Source of the DNA: an uncultured virus (IMG/VR IMGVR_UViG_2606217110_000013)
Lineage: Duplodnaviria; Heunggongvirae; Uroviricota; Caudoviricetes
Strand: one strand, 5' to 3'
IMG/VR virus record: IMGVR_UViG_2606217110_000013
Location: 1 to 64,000 of that record
DNA length: 64,000 nucleotides
In this document: positions 12,359-22,386 of the stretch, piece after piece
How the letters are laid out: each line of letters starts with the position of its first letter
Numbering within the stretch: the stretch's first letter is position 1
Translations under genes and position numbers: made by a program
The notes under the pieces: model-generated
The model's input: the letters and a program-made list of their open reading frames with translations, nothing else
Databases searched by the model: none
What the model was told of the DNA's origin: nothing

Positions 12359-12853
12359 TTAGTCACAGCATGATCCTGAGTAACTGGATGAACTTGAGGT
12401 ATCGCATCCACCGCCATCCCATCCAGAGTGACAGGACGCTCCACTGGAGTGGTGGTAATTGTCGTCGACGAAGGTGTGGTGGTGGATGAATCCGGCATCA
12501 AAAGGCTCTGACCGGCTGGAACGGCTACCGTCGCCAGTGAAACTATAATGAGAACGTAGGCCATTGGTTTCAGCCTCTTTCTTTGAAAATTTTCCATTCG
12601 AACTGTCCTTGTTGTTTTTCTCCTTCACTAAAGGCCGTGCATTTTTCGCTTCGCGTGAAGAACCAGAGGCAACAATCGCCCCCATGTTCGCAACAACTGA
12701 CGCTTGATTATCTAAACGTTCATTCAGCAACCGAACGGTAGTCTCTAGTTCATCAAGGCGTGACATAACACGACCGCTAAATAATTCGGCCAAAATTTGA
12801 CGTAAAGAACGAGGACGTTTAGTTACAGAAGTGAAATAGGTTTGACGTGCCAT
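12359..12853 (-). CDS. Hypothetical protein with Ser/His/Cys-rich tail
   Basis: 164 aa, GGAG RBS. Confidence 0.7.
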   Translation of the reverse strand: MARQTYFTSVTKRPRSLRQILAELFSGRVMSRLDELETTVRLLNERLDNQASVVANMGAIVASGSSREAKNARPLVKEKNNKDSSNGKFSKKEAETNGLRSHYSFTGDGSRSSRSEPFDAGFIHHHTFVDDNYHHSSGASCHSGWDGGGCDTSSSSSYSGSCCD

Positions 12854-13001
12854 GTGGACTCCATCCAGTGTCAGAAAGAGTTGCGGCTGGCGATTGCCAG
12901 CCGCTTTTCTCGTTCCATCCTGGAACTGTGTCTTACCGACACATTGTCATCCTGACGCCGATAAGATACATGATTTAAAATGATAGGTAAACACTTACTT
13001 A

Positions 13002-13592
13002 CTATTTGTTATAAACAAAACCAATATCTTTCTTGTGAGGCATATCTGCTGCTGAAAAAGCTGCGATCTTCGCGAGTCGATCACATATTTCATTTTCACG
13101 ATGCCCGGCGTGACCTTTAACCCACTTCCAGCGAACATTATGTCGACTTGCGGCCTCATCCAGACGCTTCCACAGATCAACATTCTTTACCGGTTTTTTG
13201 TCAGAAGTCATCCATCCATTGCGTTTCCACCATTTCATCCACTGTGTCATGCCGTTTTTCAGATACTGGCTATCAGAGTGCAAAATAACGTTGCATGGAT
13301 ATTTCAAACGCTCCAGCCCGATAAGTGCCCCCATCATCTCCATGCGGTTATTGGTGGTGCTATGAAAACCATCTGAGAACTCGCGTTCCTCACCACGATA
13401 CTGGAGAACGATACCGTAACCGCCCGGGCCACCCGGATTTTTAAGGCAAGAGCCATCACTAAAGATTTTCACGGTTTTAAGCTGGGGATTGAACTCTACG
13501 ACAGGCGTTGTGGGATTGGTGCGGGGGGAATTTTTGTTTTTGGCTTTTTTGCGAGTTTTTGCTTGCGATCGGGCTGGTGTCTTCGTCGTCAT
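13002..13592 (-). CDS. rnhA: Ribonuclease HI
   Basis: [42 protein letters not shown]; start set at MTTK after AGGAG. Confidence 0.95.
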   Translation of the reverse strand: MTTKTPARSQAKTRKKAKNKNSPRTNPTTPVVEFNPQLKTVKIFSDGSCLKNPGGPGGYGIVLQYRGEEREFSDGFHSTTNNRMEMMGALIGLERLKYPCNVILHSDSQYLKNGMTQWMKWWKRNGWMTSDKKPVKNVDLWKRLDEAASRHNVRWKWVKGHAGHRENEICDRLAKIAAFSAADMPHKKDIGFVYNK

Positions 13593-14174
13593 ATAAACTC
13601 CTGAATCAAGCGCCGCGCCGATTTTTCCTCGCGCGTGCGCACACGCGTGCGTGTTAATAATTATTAAAATAAACAAATTACTTCCCAGAACAGGTTTTTA
13701 TAAACCTGAACTGAACGAACGAAGTGAGTGAAGTTCACCTCGAACGAAGTGAGAGGTTGTCTTTTCAGGTAATACTCTCCCAGGGAGGTGAGTATAAAAA
13801 TCTCTCACCAACCTGGTCGTTTCATAACCTGAAAAGTTATGGTCTAAGTCTACTGCCAGCTTAGACTTGGGAAGTTATGGATGACAGCACCCCAGAACCG
13901 AGATCTTCCCACACTTTATGAAGGGGAGTACTGGATTCAACCTCTCGAAACACCCCAGACTCGACAATCATAAAGTGACCCTTGTCTCTGCTCACTTTGG
14001 TTCCCCCTTCCCCGACACCTAAACGGCACCAGTTCTACGCTGGTAGTGAGCTTTTTTAAACCTGACGCCAGTGACGCTTACCCCCACCCATCAGGTCGAG
14101 TCTCCAGTCTACGACTGGAAACTATCAGATCTTAGCACTTACAATTCACTTTATGAATAGTTTGTACTTATCTA

Positions 14175-14405
14175 TCATTGTGATTGATTATTTTCTCTAC
14201 CATGTAGTTGAACATTCAAGGCAAACACCTCATTGATCAACTCACCTAAAAGCTGTTCAACAAGTTCGCGATGCTCGCCAAGATGCAAGCACTTAATTGC
14301 CCATTCGTACAAGTTGAAAGCCTGCTCACGATCTTTCATCATTTCACGAGCCTGGGCCAGAAAATCGCTCTCTACGAGCGCAACGACATTAGTCGGGTAT
14401 GACAT
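14175..14405 (-). CDS. Hypothetical phage protein
   Basis: MSYPTNVVALVE start after AAGGA RBS. Confidence 0.65.
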   Translation of the reverse strand: MSYPTNVVALVESDFLAQAREMMKDREQAFNLYEWAIKCLHLGEHRELVEQLLGELINEVFALNVQLHGRENNQSQ

Positions 14406-14590
14406 GTTGGTTTCCTTAAAGTGGTTCATAAAATCGATTTTAAAGCGTCTGCGAAGGGGTTCTAGTGGATTCTGTAGTTATGTTCAGGTCTGGAGTCTCT
14501 GATACAAAACAGCCTTCTTCCGTATATTAATAATTAATATGTAGTTATTTATATATACAGAAGCAGGCTAATTACAGACACCAGAACAAA

Positions 14591-15184
14591 CTAAGCAGCC
14601 TTCTTTGATGGTCTTTTTTTCCTGATCACATTCGCAGGATCATACCCTCCCAGACTTTTCATGACGTCCAAAGGGATCTTGCTTATAGAGTGCCCAGCGT
14701 CCTGACAGAATCCTCGAAAAACAACGAGCATACTGCCACCCGGGTTGATGTTTACTTCTACCTGACCCAGATTTACGTCAGGCTCGACAAACGCTACGCG
14801 GCCACCAGACAGAATAATCGTCTCATTCGCACACTCTGTTGCACGCTCATACCACTTTGTATCTAGGGATTGAGGAATTAGCATCACTGTTGTAACCCCG
14901 CGAGCCTGCTCACGTATAGCCGCATCAATCCAGGGGTAGATTTTGGAGTAGGGTGGATTGAGGAAGGCAATTGTACCTGGCTGTCCCCATTCAGATTTCA
15001 AAGCATCACGCTCAACGCCTATGAAATTAGGCAGCTTTGCATTGTCCTTGTTGCAGGCAACGTCAACATCAAATGTCACTCCAAGATAACGTTGAATGGC
15101 AGAAAACAGCCAGTCAGGTGTTCTCCAGAGGTCACGAAGAGAGTTGTCACGCTTTCGCTGTTTGATTTTTTCGGCTGCAATCAT
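14591..15184 (-). CDS. Phage Dam-family DNA N6-adenine methyltransferase
   Basis: WRTPDWLF, FDVDVA, FLNPPYS. Confidence 0.9.
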   Translation of the reverse strand: MIAAEKIKQRKRDNSLRDLWRTPDWLFSAIQRYLGVTFDVDVACNKDNAKLPNFIGVERDALKSEWGQPGTIAFLNPPYSKIYPWIDAAIREQARGVTTVMLIPQSLDTKWYERATECANETIILSGGRVAFVEPDVNLGQVEVNINPGGSMLVVFRGFCQDAGHSISKIPLDVMKSLGGYDPANVIRKKRPSKKAA

Positions 15185-15367
15185 CTTCTTTCTCGATAGG
15201 TAAGTAAATACCTATTTTTGCATTTGATTTTATGTCTGGCAATCAAATAAAACGCGCCAGAAATGCAAACGAGAAGCTCTCTGGCGCGTTTTTGTGGTGC
15301 TGGGTATGTGATTGACTTACCCAGTACTATAAAGCTCTCTATGGGCTTTATTTTAAGTAGGGGAACG

Positions 15368-16177
15368 TCATCCAATAGTGTACTCCGCGACAAACTTCTT
15401 AACGATCGGTGATTCTTCGTTCAATGTTAGATTTCCACCGTCTCTAACGGCAATTCCTGTCGCTGGAAATACAGCCATCATTTGCCCAGCCTGAGTTGAC
15501 GCAGTATTAAGCGGATACGGTTTTTCTGGATTGCTCATTAAAGCAATCTTAATACTATTACTTGTAGCCTTCTTTTCTGTGAGAAGGTGTCTCATGGAAA
15601 TTACCGTGTAAACACTAATATCTGGACCTCCGCTAAACCAATTAAGAAGGTTTAATATCTTATCCTTTGCTTTGACAGGCGCGTTATCGTAAGCGTCTAA
15701 GAAAATATCTTTTTCTAAGCCCGCTTTATTGAAAAACGAATCATCTTTATCACTTAAAGTAAAACGAGGACCTCTTGCAGTACGAGCTTTTTTATTTGTA
15801 TTGCTATCATTTGACTGTTGAACTTTTAATTCATCATTAACCTCAACACACTCTTCAACCTCAATAAATCCCAATTGTTCTGGCTCGTTTTCGGCAGCTT
15901 CAACACTTTCAGCGTTAATTACGTTTATAGGCTCATGCGCTAACTCCAACTCATTTAAAGCAGAGCTGAAATCACCTGCTTTTTCTTCATTGAACAGTTC
16001 TTCGGCAACATCATCAGAACTCATGGCTACGCCAGCATCTAGGCCGAGCAGCAGATCGTCAATATCATCAGTATTTTCAACCTGTGCAGCTTTTTTTACT
16101 GGTTCATCAAGTGATTGCAACATGGCTGTCAGCTCGTCCAGATCAGCATTTGTCATTACATTTTCAACCGAACTCAT
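15368..16177 (-). CDS. Hypothetical protein with acidic N-terminus
   Basis: 269 aa, GGAG RBS. Confidence 0.75.
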   Translation of the reverse strand: MSSVENVMTNADLDELTAMLQSLDEPVKKAAQVENTDDIDDLLLGLDAGVAMSSDDVAEELFNEEKAGDFSSALNELELAHEPINVINAESVEAAENEPEQLGFIEVEECVEVNDELKVQQSNDSNTNKKARTARGPRFTLSDKDDSFFNKAGLEKDIFLDAYDNAPVKAKDKILNLLNWFSGGPDISVYTVISMRHLLTEKKATSNSIKIALMSNPEKPYPLNTASTQAGQMMAVFPATGIAVRDGGNLTLNEESPIVKKFVAEYTIG

Positions 16178-16335
16178 GTAAGTCTCCTTCTGTTTGGTTA
16201 CATTTGCGTTTCGATGGCTGCATTTTGACTAAACCTATCAGGCGGAAAAGTATTAAATACAGGCAGGAAATGATTGAAAGGCGACTGTTCTTTAAAAGAA
16301 AGCCTACTTTAAACTTTTTAAAGTAGGCTTTTGTT

Positions 16336-16893
16336 TTACACAATTTCAGAGGGTAATTTAAAAAATCCGTACTTATTACGTGCCTTAAAGAAGCATTGCA
16401 TCATTAAGTTTGTGTCATATAAGGCACTATGTGCTTTGGCATGATCGTATATAAAGCCAAGAGAGAAGGCCAACTCTTCAAGGCGGGGACGTTTACCGTC
16501 TTCTGTGGCCCACAATCCCGATAACATAGTATCTATAACAGGAACTTCTGGCAGTCTTACTCCATACCCTGAAAACTCGTGTCGAATAAATGGTATATCA
16601 AATGCTTCGCCGTTATGAGCAACCCACACACTACATGCCCCCATATAAGCGCCAATTTCGCTGGCATGATTTGACAACAAAGGTTCAGCTGCGAGCTGTT
16701 CCAATGAAATGCCATGAACGGCTTGAGCTTTCGGATCTATGTTTCTGCGAGGGTTAAAACGCATCTCCAGACTATCAATATGTCTCTGTGTCTCCAGTTC
16801 ATAGCGGGTAATTGCGATTTCAATAATTTTATGACCAGCAAGGAAATCCAGTCCCGTAGACTCGATATCGATGCCTGCAACAATCGTTGTCAT
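16336..16893 (-). CDS. DEDDh 3'-5' exonuclease (DnaQ-like)
   Basis: DIESTG, AHNGEAFD, HSALYD. Confidence 0.93.
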   Translation of the reverse strand: MTTIVAGIDIESTGLDFLAGHKIIEIAITRYELETQRHIDSLEMRFNPRRNIDPKAQAVHGISLEQLAAEPLLSNHASEIGAYMGACSVWVAHNGEAFDIPFIRHEFSGYGVRLPEVPVIDTMLSGLWATEDGKRPRLEELAFSLGFIYDHAKAHSALYDTNLMMQCFFKARNKYGFFKLPSEIV

Positions 16894-16902
16894 CAGAACT
16901 CC

Positions 16903-17322
16903 TTACAACTTCTTAGCGCCCTTAAGTAGTGCGCTACGTACAAATTGAGCCGCTTTTTTCAAAGTTTCTTCACTGGTTTCACAGACAATCGGATCTTTCC
17001 ACTTACCTGACACAGTGTTGAGAATATTGATTTGGTTGCTATCCAGACAAACAGAGATATAAAGCACCGTGCCACCAGCCAGCATCAAATGCATAGGAAA
17101 CAGAGGCTTTTTACTGCCTTCACTGAACTGAGACATGGCGATGTTAATGGCTTCACCCACTTGTGTACCAACAAGCCCCTGCGCAGTTTCGAATATGGCA
17201 CGAATAGCCAGACGAGCCTCTCGATCGCTCATAAGCGACCGGGAATGTTCGTCCGCTACACGAATCAAAGCCTCTGTTGTTTTCCGATCCAGTTCATCTT
17301 CAAGCAACATTTCACTAAACAT
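16903..17322 (-). CDS. Hypothetical protein
   Basis: 139 aa within the operon. Confidence 0.7.
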   Translation of the reverse strand: MFSEMLLEDELDRKTTEALIRVADEHSRSLMSDREARLAIRAIFETAQGLVGTQVGEAINIAMSQFSEGSKKPLFPMHLMLAGGTVLYISVCLDSNQINILNTVSGKWKDPIVCETSEETLKKAAQFVRSALLKGAKKL

Positions 17323-17383
17323 TTTTTATCCTTAACCCATTTTGAGAGTTTTATTGTCGCAATGTCGAAGAGGCGAACAATTT

Positions 17384-18028
17384 CTAATGAACGGTCACTC
17401 GGCCACAGAACCGGTTTTCTATCTTTTCTACAGCGTTATCTAGCATTCTCATCACTGATCTGGCTCTTGCTTCAACTGTGCGATACCGGTTGGAAACGAC
17501 GAAGGTTTGCAGATCTCCCCTTTGCGGATGCAGGTGAATTTTTGTCAGTTCCCCGCACATCAACGCATCAATACGAGCGACATACAGACGGTCTAATGAT
17601 GCTCGTTGTAACCGCAAGTAATCTCGCTCTGAGAGAGCGACCCCCGGGCGTAGGCCAGCAATGGCGTTAAAGTTTGAAATAGCAGTTTTGTGGCAAAACT
17701 TTTCGATATCGAGGGCTAACTCAATACACCGATCTTCATTTGTATGGCCGACCAAATCCAACGTGTAGGCCATAACATCAGCAGGTGTGCGATCGATAAC
17801 AAAGCCTTCAGCACCACGCGTAAGTAGCTCTATATGCTTTGCGATTTCCATTTGAATCTGAAGCCGCTCATATAGAGGCATAGAATCACCTACTCGAACA
17901 CCGAGGCGGCTCATCAAACTTCCGACACCAGCATCCACGTAAGGGATTCCGTAATGTTTGTCGATATATTTAGCCAGGGTTGTTTTCCCACTGCCCTGAG
18001 CACCAGTGATCCCAATCCGGTAATCCAT
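17384..18028 (-). CDS. P-loop NTPase / nucleotide kinase-like
   Basis: GAQGSGKTT, IDRTPAD. Confidence 0.8.
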   Translation of the reverse strand: MDYRIGITGAQGSGKTTLAKYIDKHYGIPYVDAGVGSLMSRLGVRVGDSMPLYERLQIQMEIAKHIELLTRGAEGFVIDRTPADVMAYTLDLVGHTNEDRCIELALDIEKFCHKTAISNFNAIAGLRPGVALSERDYLRLQRASLDRLYVARIDALMCGELTKIHLHPQRGDLQTFVVSNRYRTVEARARSVMRMLDNAVEKIENRFCGRVTVH

Positions 18029-18504
18029 TACGACCTTCTGTATACGATCTGCGAAAAGCCAGGCTCTTCCTCGCTGGCTCGTTGGGTATAAGCTGTTTCA
18101 ACAGGCACAAAGCCTAAATTACGCATCATGCTTGCCGGGAAGAATGCATCGGCGTTTGGCACATCAACGCCGATGTGGGAGAGCCAAATCTCTTCAACAT
18201 GCGGCATGAATAGCGAGTAAATTTGTTCCCCGCCAATCACCCACACAGGCTCTGGTAATCGCAACACATCATCCACACCAGCAGGGTAGAATCCATTTGG
18301 TACAAAGCCATGAGAGCGCGTCAAAACGAGGTTATGACGCTCTGGAAGAGGGCGTTTGAGACTTTCCATCGTTTTACGCCCCATAACGACAGTGGCGTTT
18401 TTGGTGAGTCTCTTAAATAGCTTCAGATCGGTAGAACAACGCCAGGGCAGTTCGTTCGCTATGCCGATTTCATAGTTACGGCCAACAGCAGCTATCATCT
18501 TCAT
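18028..18504 (-). CDS. Dihydrofolate reductase (phage type)
   Basis: IGIANELPW, DLKLFK, VVMGRKT, VIGGEQIY, DAFFP. Confidence 0.95.
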   Translation of the reverse strand: MKMIAAVGRNYEIGIANELPWRCSTDLKLFKRLTKNATVVMGRKTMESLKRPLPERHNLVLTRSHGFVPNGFYPAGVDDVLRLPEPVWVIGGEQIYSLFMPHVEEIWLSHIGVDVPNADAFFPASMMRNLGFVPVETAYTQRASEEEPGFSQIVYRRS

Positions 18505-18914
18505 TTGCTCACCTCATAGATGACCGGTCTATGATGAGAGTCAGCTAAAGCGGCACGGAGTCGAGGATCGTGCACCAGCGCAGCGATAAGCAGATCGCCT
18601 TTATGCTCCGCTAATGTGCGCTTAATATGCTTCTCATAACTAGTGCTATTCGGTACGAGGTGAAGCCAGTCGTAATCAACACCAAAATCTTTCAGCCATC
18701 GTTTAGTGGGCGCTTCAAGAGTTTCAGAGCGGCTACTGATAAGCACCACTTCAGCCCCTGAGCGAGCAAAACCACGCAACATACGGCTGGTGGGGAAAAT
18801 GAGTTCATCACCGGCAATGAATTGGCCTGCATCCGAGTCAGATACAGATTTACGATGGCTGGTATTTGCCAGCACACCTTCAATTTCGCATAAGACATAC
18901 ATACCTCTTGCCAT
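18501..18914 (-). CDS. HAD-like (polynucleotide phosphatase-like) protein, degenerate
   Basis: CEIEGVLA in place of DxDGTL, ISSRSE, TKRWL. Confidence 0.6.
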   Translation of the reverse strand: MARGMYVLCEIEGVLANTSHRKSVSDSDAGQFIAGDELIFPTSRMLRGFARSGAEVVLISSRSETLEAPTKRWLKDFGVDYDWLHLVPNSTSYEKHIKRTLAEHKGDLLIAALVHDPRLRAALADSHHRPVIYEVSK

Positions 18915-18915
18915 A

Positions 18916-20046
18916 TCACACCGCCACTGGAACCTTGATCCACGGTAGAGGGGCATAGCCAAGAATAAGAATCTCGTCCCATTTGAAATCATCCAGCTCA
19001 GACCATTCATTAGGGAATATAACGACCGGATCTGAATGCTCTGGAGCCTGTCGTTGCATTAGCTCACACACACCTTCCATGTGGTTGTTGTACAAATGCA
19101 CGTCAAAGCCAAAATGCACAAATGCACCGGCCATGTGACCCGTAATCTTCGCGAGAAAATGAGTGAGAATGCCATAGCCAGCAATATTGAATGGCATACC
19201 AACAAAAGTGTCTACGCTACGCTGTACGAGGCAGGAGTTGAGGATGCGTTTGGGGATTCCAAGTTCATCCAGTTCAGCTTCAGTAACACTGCCGTCTATC
19301 TCCAGATCGTATAGCATCTTGGTGTAGATAGACTCGTAACCGAGGCGACTGTGTTGAAGACCAATGTCAGTTGCCATCGTTAAACGGGTTTCAAAATCCA
19401 GCTCACGACTCCACAAAGAGAAGACAAAGTGGCAAGGTGGCAGTTTCATATCCTCAAGCTCGCCTACGTTCCATGCGTTAAGCATGATGCGACGATCGGT
19501 AGGGTTCGTGCGCAGTGTATCGACAATACGCTGTAGCTGATCGATTTCACGGGACAGCACTACGCGATCTTCACTGATACCCAGGTATCCCTCGACTTTG
19601 TACCCGCGTTCACGGAAAGTAGCGATCTTGCTCAGATATTCACTATGGCTCACGATGCGGGTATCTTCCCATCGACGCCACTGCTTACCGTAAACCGGCC
19701 CCAAATCGCCATTCTCATCGGCCCATGCATCCCAAATCTTAACGCCGTTATCCTTGAGAAATTGGATGTTGCCCGTGCCTTTCAGATACCACTCAAGTTC
19801 GACAAGCAGTGGCTTAAGATTTACCGCCTTTCCAGAAATAAGCGGCACAGTCCCACCAGTAAGCATGTAGTAAGAGGGAACGTAGCAGGTGCTTAAAGTA
19901 CCAGTGCCTGTGCGATCATCAGCCTGCACGCCGCTTTTAAGCACCGTCTCAATAACTTTTGCATACGATGCGTTTGTTACCTGACCGTTCGTATGCTCAC
20001 GATTCAAAAGGAGTGACACAAAAACCTCACAAAGATAAGTAACCAC
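18916..20046 (-). CDS. thyA: Thymidylate synthase
   Basis: DRTGTGT, LGPVYGKQWR, LPPCH, QRSVDTFVGMPFN, HLYNNH; exact start uncertain. Confidence 0.96.
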   Translation of the reverse strand: MVTYLCEVFVSLLLNREHTNGQVTNASYAKVIETVLKSGVQADDRTGTGTLSTCYVPSYYMLTGGTVPLISGKAVNLKPLLVELEWYLKGTGNIQFLKDNGVKIWDAWADENGDLGPVYGKQWRRWEDTRIVSHSEYLSKIATFRERGYKVEGYLGISEDRVVLSREIDQLQRIVDTLRTNPTDRRIMLNAWNVGELEDMKLPPCHFVFSLWSRELDFETRLTMATDIGLQHSRLGYESIYTKMLYDLEIDGSVTEAELDELGIPKRILNSCLVQRSVDTFVGMPFNIAGYGILTHFLAKITGHMAGAFVHFGFDVHLYNNHMEGVCELMQRQAPEHSDPVVIFPNEWSELDDFKWDEILILGYAPLPWIKVPVAV

Positions 20047-20190
20047 TTATTCATTGCGTGAGTTTACATTTATTGAGAGAACAAGACCAGACAGATAAAA
20101 AAATGGTGGCCATAGGCCACCAAAAACGAATAGTTGTTTCAGAAATTTAACGCGCCAGCGCAATATACACAGATAGATAACTACCTACAA

Positions 20191-21060
20191 TTATTTTTTG
20201 ATCATTCCGTACATTGCTGAGGCTTTAGCTTGCTCAACAAAGGAGGATAAATCGACATCACTATAGGTTGGAGACTTCAGAATCTTTCCATCGGAAATTC
20301 GAAAACCGATCATCTTATCGGTGCCATCAGCATGGCGAAATCCCAGGTCAGAAGAGTCGTATTTGCAGTTGGCCACAGCATGGCGACGCTCTTCGGCATC
20401 TGCAGGCCATAATTTTGTCATGTTGGACCGATGAATTTCGCCAACCAGCTCGACGACATTGATACCGAGAAAATCAGCCAGTCGATAAGTCATCATGCAC
20501 GCCACATAGATTTTGTTCATTACACGGCGCAGTTCCTGAATCAGCTCAGAATCCTTAACAGTCTTCTTCTCAAGTTTATCTGCCAGCTCTTCGAGCATAC
20601 ATGACGCCTCACGAGCTTCCTGAAATGGCATTGCCATATCATCGAAAACAGTGTTACCAGGCACAAAAATTGTCTGCATAAAGCGATCAATGCTCTGTTC
20701 CTGCGTGTAATAAGTCATGCCGGTAGAAATACCACCTTTGATGGCGACCATCGTACCAACACCAACGTATAAAAAGTCGGCCATTGCATCCAGCAGTTGC
20801 TCAATATCCCCATTCATTGCGGCTGGAATACCTTCCACTACAGCTTCTTCATGAATCAGGCTTGCACGGAGACGAAGCAGCTCTGGTGTCGGCATAACGC
20901 GTCTCGGATGCTGGAAGAGTTCATGAAACTGATCGACCATCTTGTAAATACTTTCAGTGGCTACACCATGGCCTTCATGCAACTCATATGGTTCTGGCTT
21001 AAATCCAATGAGTCGATCGGTGGCAAGTTTCAGGTGGTCAGTCAGTTTGGTAAAGTTCAT
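20191..21060 (-). CDS. MazG/PRA-PH-like NTP pyrophosphohydrolase
   Basis: LIHEE, LDAMADFLYV, EIHRSNMTK, GKILKSPTY. Confidence 0.85.
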   Translation of the reverse strand: MNFTKLTDHLKLATDRLIGFKPEPYELHEGHGVATESIYKMVDQFHELFQHPRRVMPTPELLRLRASLIHEEAVVEGIPAAMNGDIEQLLDAMADFLYVGVGTMVAIKGGISTGMTYYTQEQSIDRFMQTIFVPGNTVFDDMAMPFQEAREASCMLEELADKLEKKTVKDSELIQELRRVMNKIYVACMMTYRLADFLGINVVELVGEIHRSNMTKLWPADAEERRHAVANCKYDSSDLGFRHADGTDKMIGFRISDGKILKSPTYSDVDLSSFVEQAKASAMYGMIKK

Positions 21061-21137
21061 GCTAGTTTTGCTCCTTCTTAATTCTTGTGATCCATTGTGG
21101 CCCAGCGTTGCCAGGCCACATAATGCTTTGTATCGGT

Positions 21138-22280
21138 TTACAGGTCTGCAAACTGGCTTAGAGAAGCCTTATCCACGGTAGAATCGATCTGACCTACCAG
21201 ATATGTGCTTTGCTCTGCCTCTTGTGGTGCAATTTGCAGTGTGTCGGTTAACAACCACTTGTTCATCCAGACCAGCGGATCAGTGGTAACTTCTGGAAAT
21301 AAAGCCTTCAGGCCAAGACGATTCATAGCCAGATTGGTGCGGTATTTTACATAGGTTTTGAGAATATCCGCGTTTAAACCAATCATCGAACCGTCTTTGA
21401 AGAGATAGTCTGCCCAGTTCATTTCTTGTTCGGCGACTGATTTCATGGTGTCGTAAATGACGTTTTCTTCATCAGCAGCAATCTCTTTCCACAATAAACC
21501 TTCGCGACCGGTACGCATGAAGCGGATCATGCGTTCAGTTCCTTCGCAATGCAGAGCTTCATCACGGGCAATAAAGCGCATAATTTTGGTGTTACCCTCA
21601 AGCAACTTCCGTTCACCAAAGGCAAACGTACATGCAAAACTTACGTAGAAACGGATCGCCTCAAGCGCATTAATGGACACCAACGTGCGGAAAAGCTGAC
21701 GATGCAAAGGGTATGGCTCCCAGCCATATTCATTTACGTACAGACGCTCAAATTCCTTCTCACCTAACGACTGGCGCTCGCAGGTCATCCCATAAAGCCT
21801 GTCATATTCAGCAGAGATACTGATCGCTCGGTTGATGATTTCTTCATCCGTAACAATGCCGTCAAAAACAATGCTCGGATCGTCCACCATGCCACGAATA
21901 ATGTGGGTGTAGCTGCGGCTATGGATAGTCTCAGAGAAAGACCACGTTTCAACCCACGTTTCCAGTTCAGGAATAGAGATAAGCGGCAGCAGCGTTGCAT
22001 TTGGACTACGTCCCTGAACTGAATCGAGTAACGTTTGATAACGGAGATTGCTCAGAAAAATGTGACGTTCGTGGTCCCGCAGCTTCGTGTTGAAGTCGAT
22101 ACGATCGCTCGAAATATCAACTTCTTCCGGCCGCCAGAAGAAAGACAATTGACGTTCAATCAACTTTTCAAAATCACGGTATTTTTGCTGATCGTAACGT
22201 GCCACGTTGACAGATTGTCCGAGGAACATAGGCTCTTTGGTTGCATCATTAGCACCCAAACGGAACGTTGAATATGACAT
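21138..22280 (-). CDS. nrdB: Ribonucleotide reductase class Ia beta subunit
   Basis: [32 protein letters not shown]. Confidence 0.97.
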   Translation of the reverse strand: MSYSTFRLGANDATKEPMFLGQSVNVARYDQQKYRDFEKLIERQLSFFWRPEEVDISSDRIDFNTKLRDHERHIFLSNLRYQTLLDSVQGRSPNATLLPLISIPELETWVETWSFSETIHSRSYTHIIRGMVDDPSIVFDGIVTDEEIINRAISISAEYDRLYGMTCERQSLGEKEFERLYVNEYGWEPYPLHRQLFRTLVSINALEAIRFYVSFACTFAFGERKLLEGNTKIMRFIARDEALHCEGTERMIRFMRTGREGLLWKEIAADEENVIYDTMKSVAEQEMNWADYLFKDGSMIGLNADILKTYVKYRTNLAMNRLGLKALFPEVTTDPLVWMNKWLLTDTLQIAPQEAEQSTYLVGQIDSTVDKASLSQFADL

Positions 22281-22386
22281 GTGTTTTTCCTTTTTCTTTT
22301 TTGGTGCGTTTAAACAAGTTGTTATCTTATGTGTTTAAACAAGGCTTACAAATCAAAGAGAAGGTGGGGATATCCCCCACCATATG

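Noticed and set aside
18028..18504. Acquired trimethoprim-resistance dfrA cassette
   Set aside because: Embedded in the phage thyA operon with no integron or IS context; resistance cannot be inferred from sequence.
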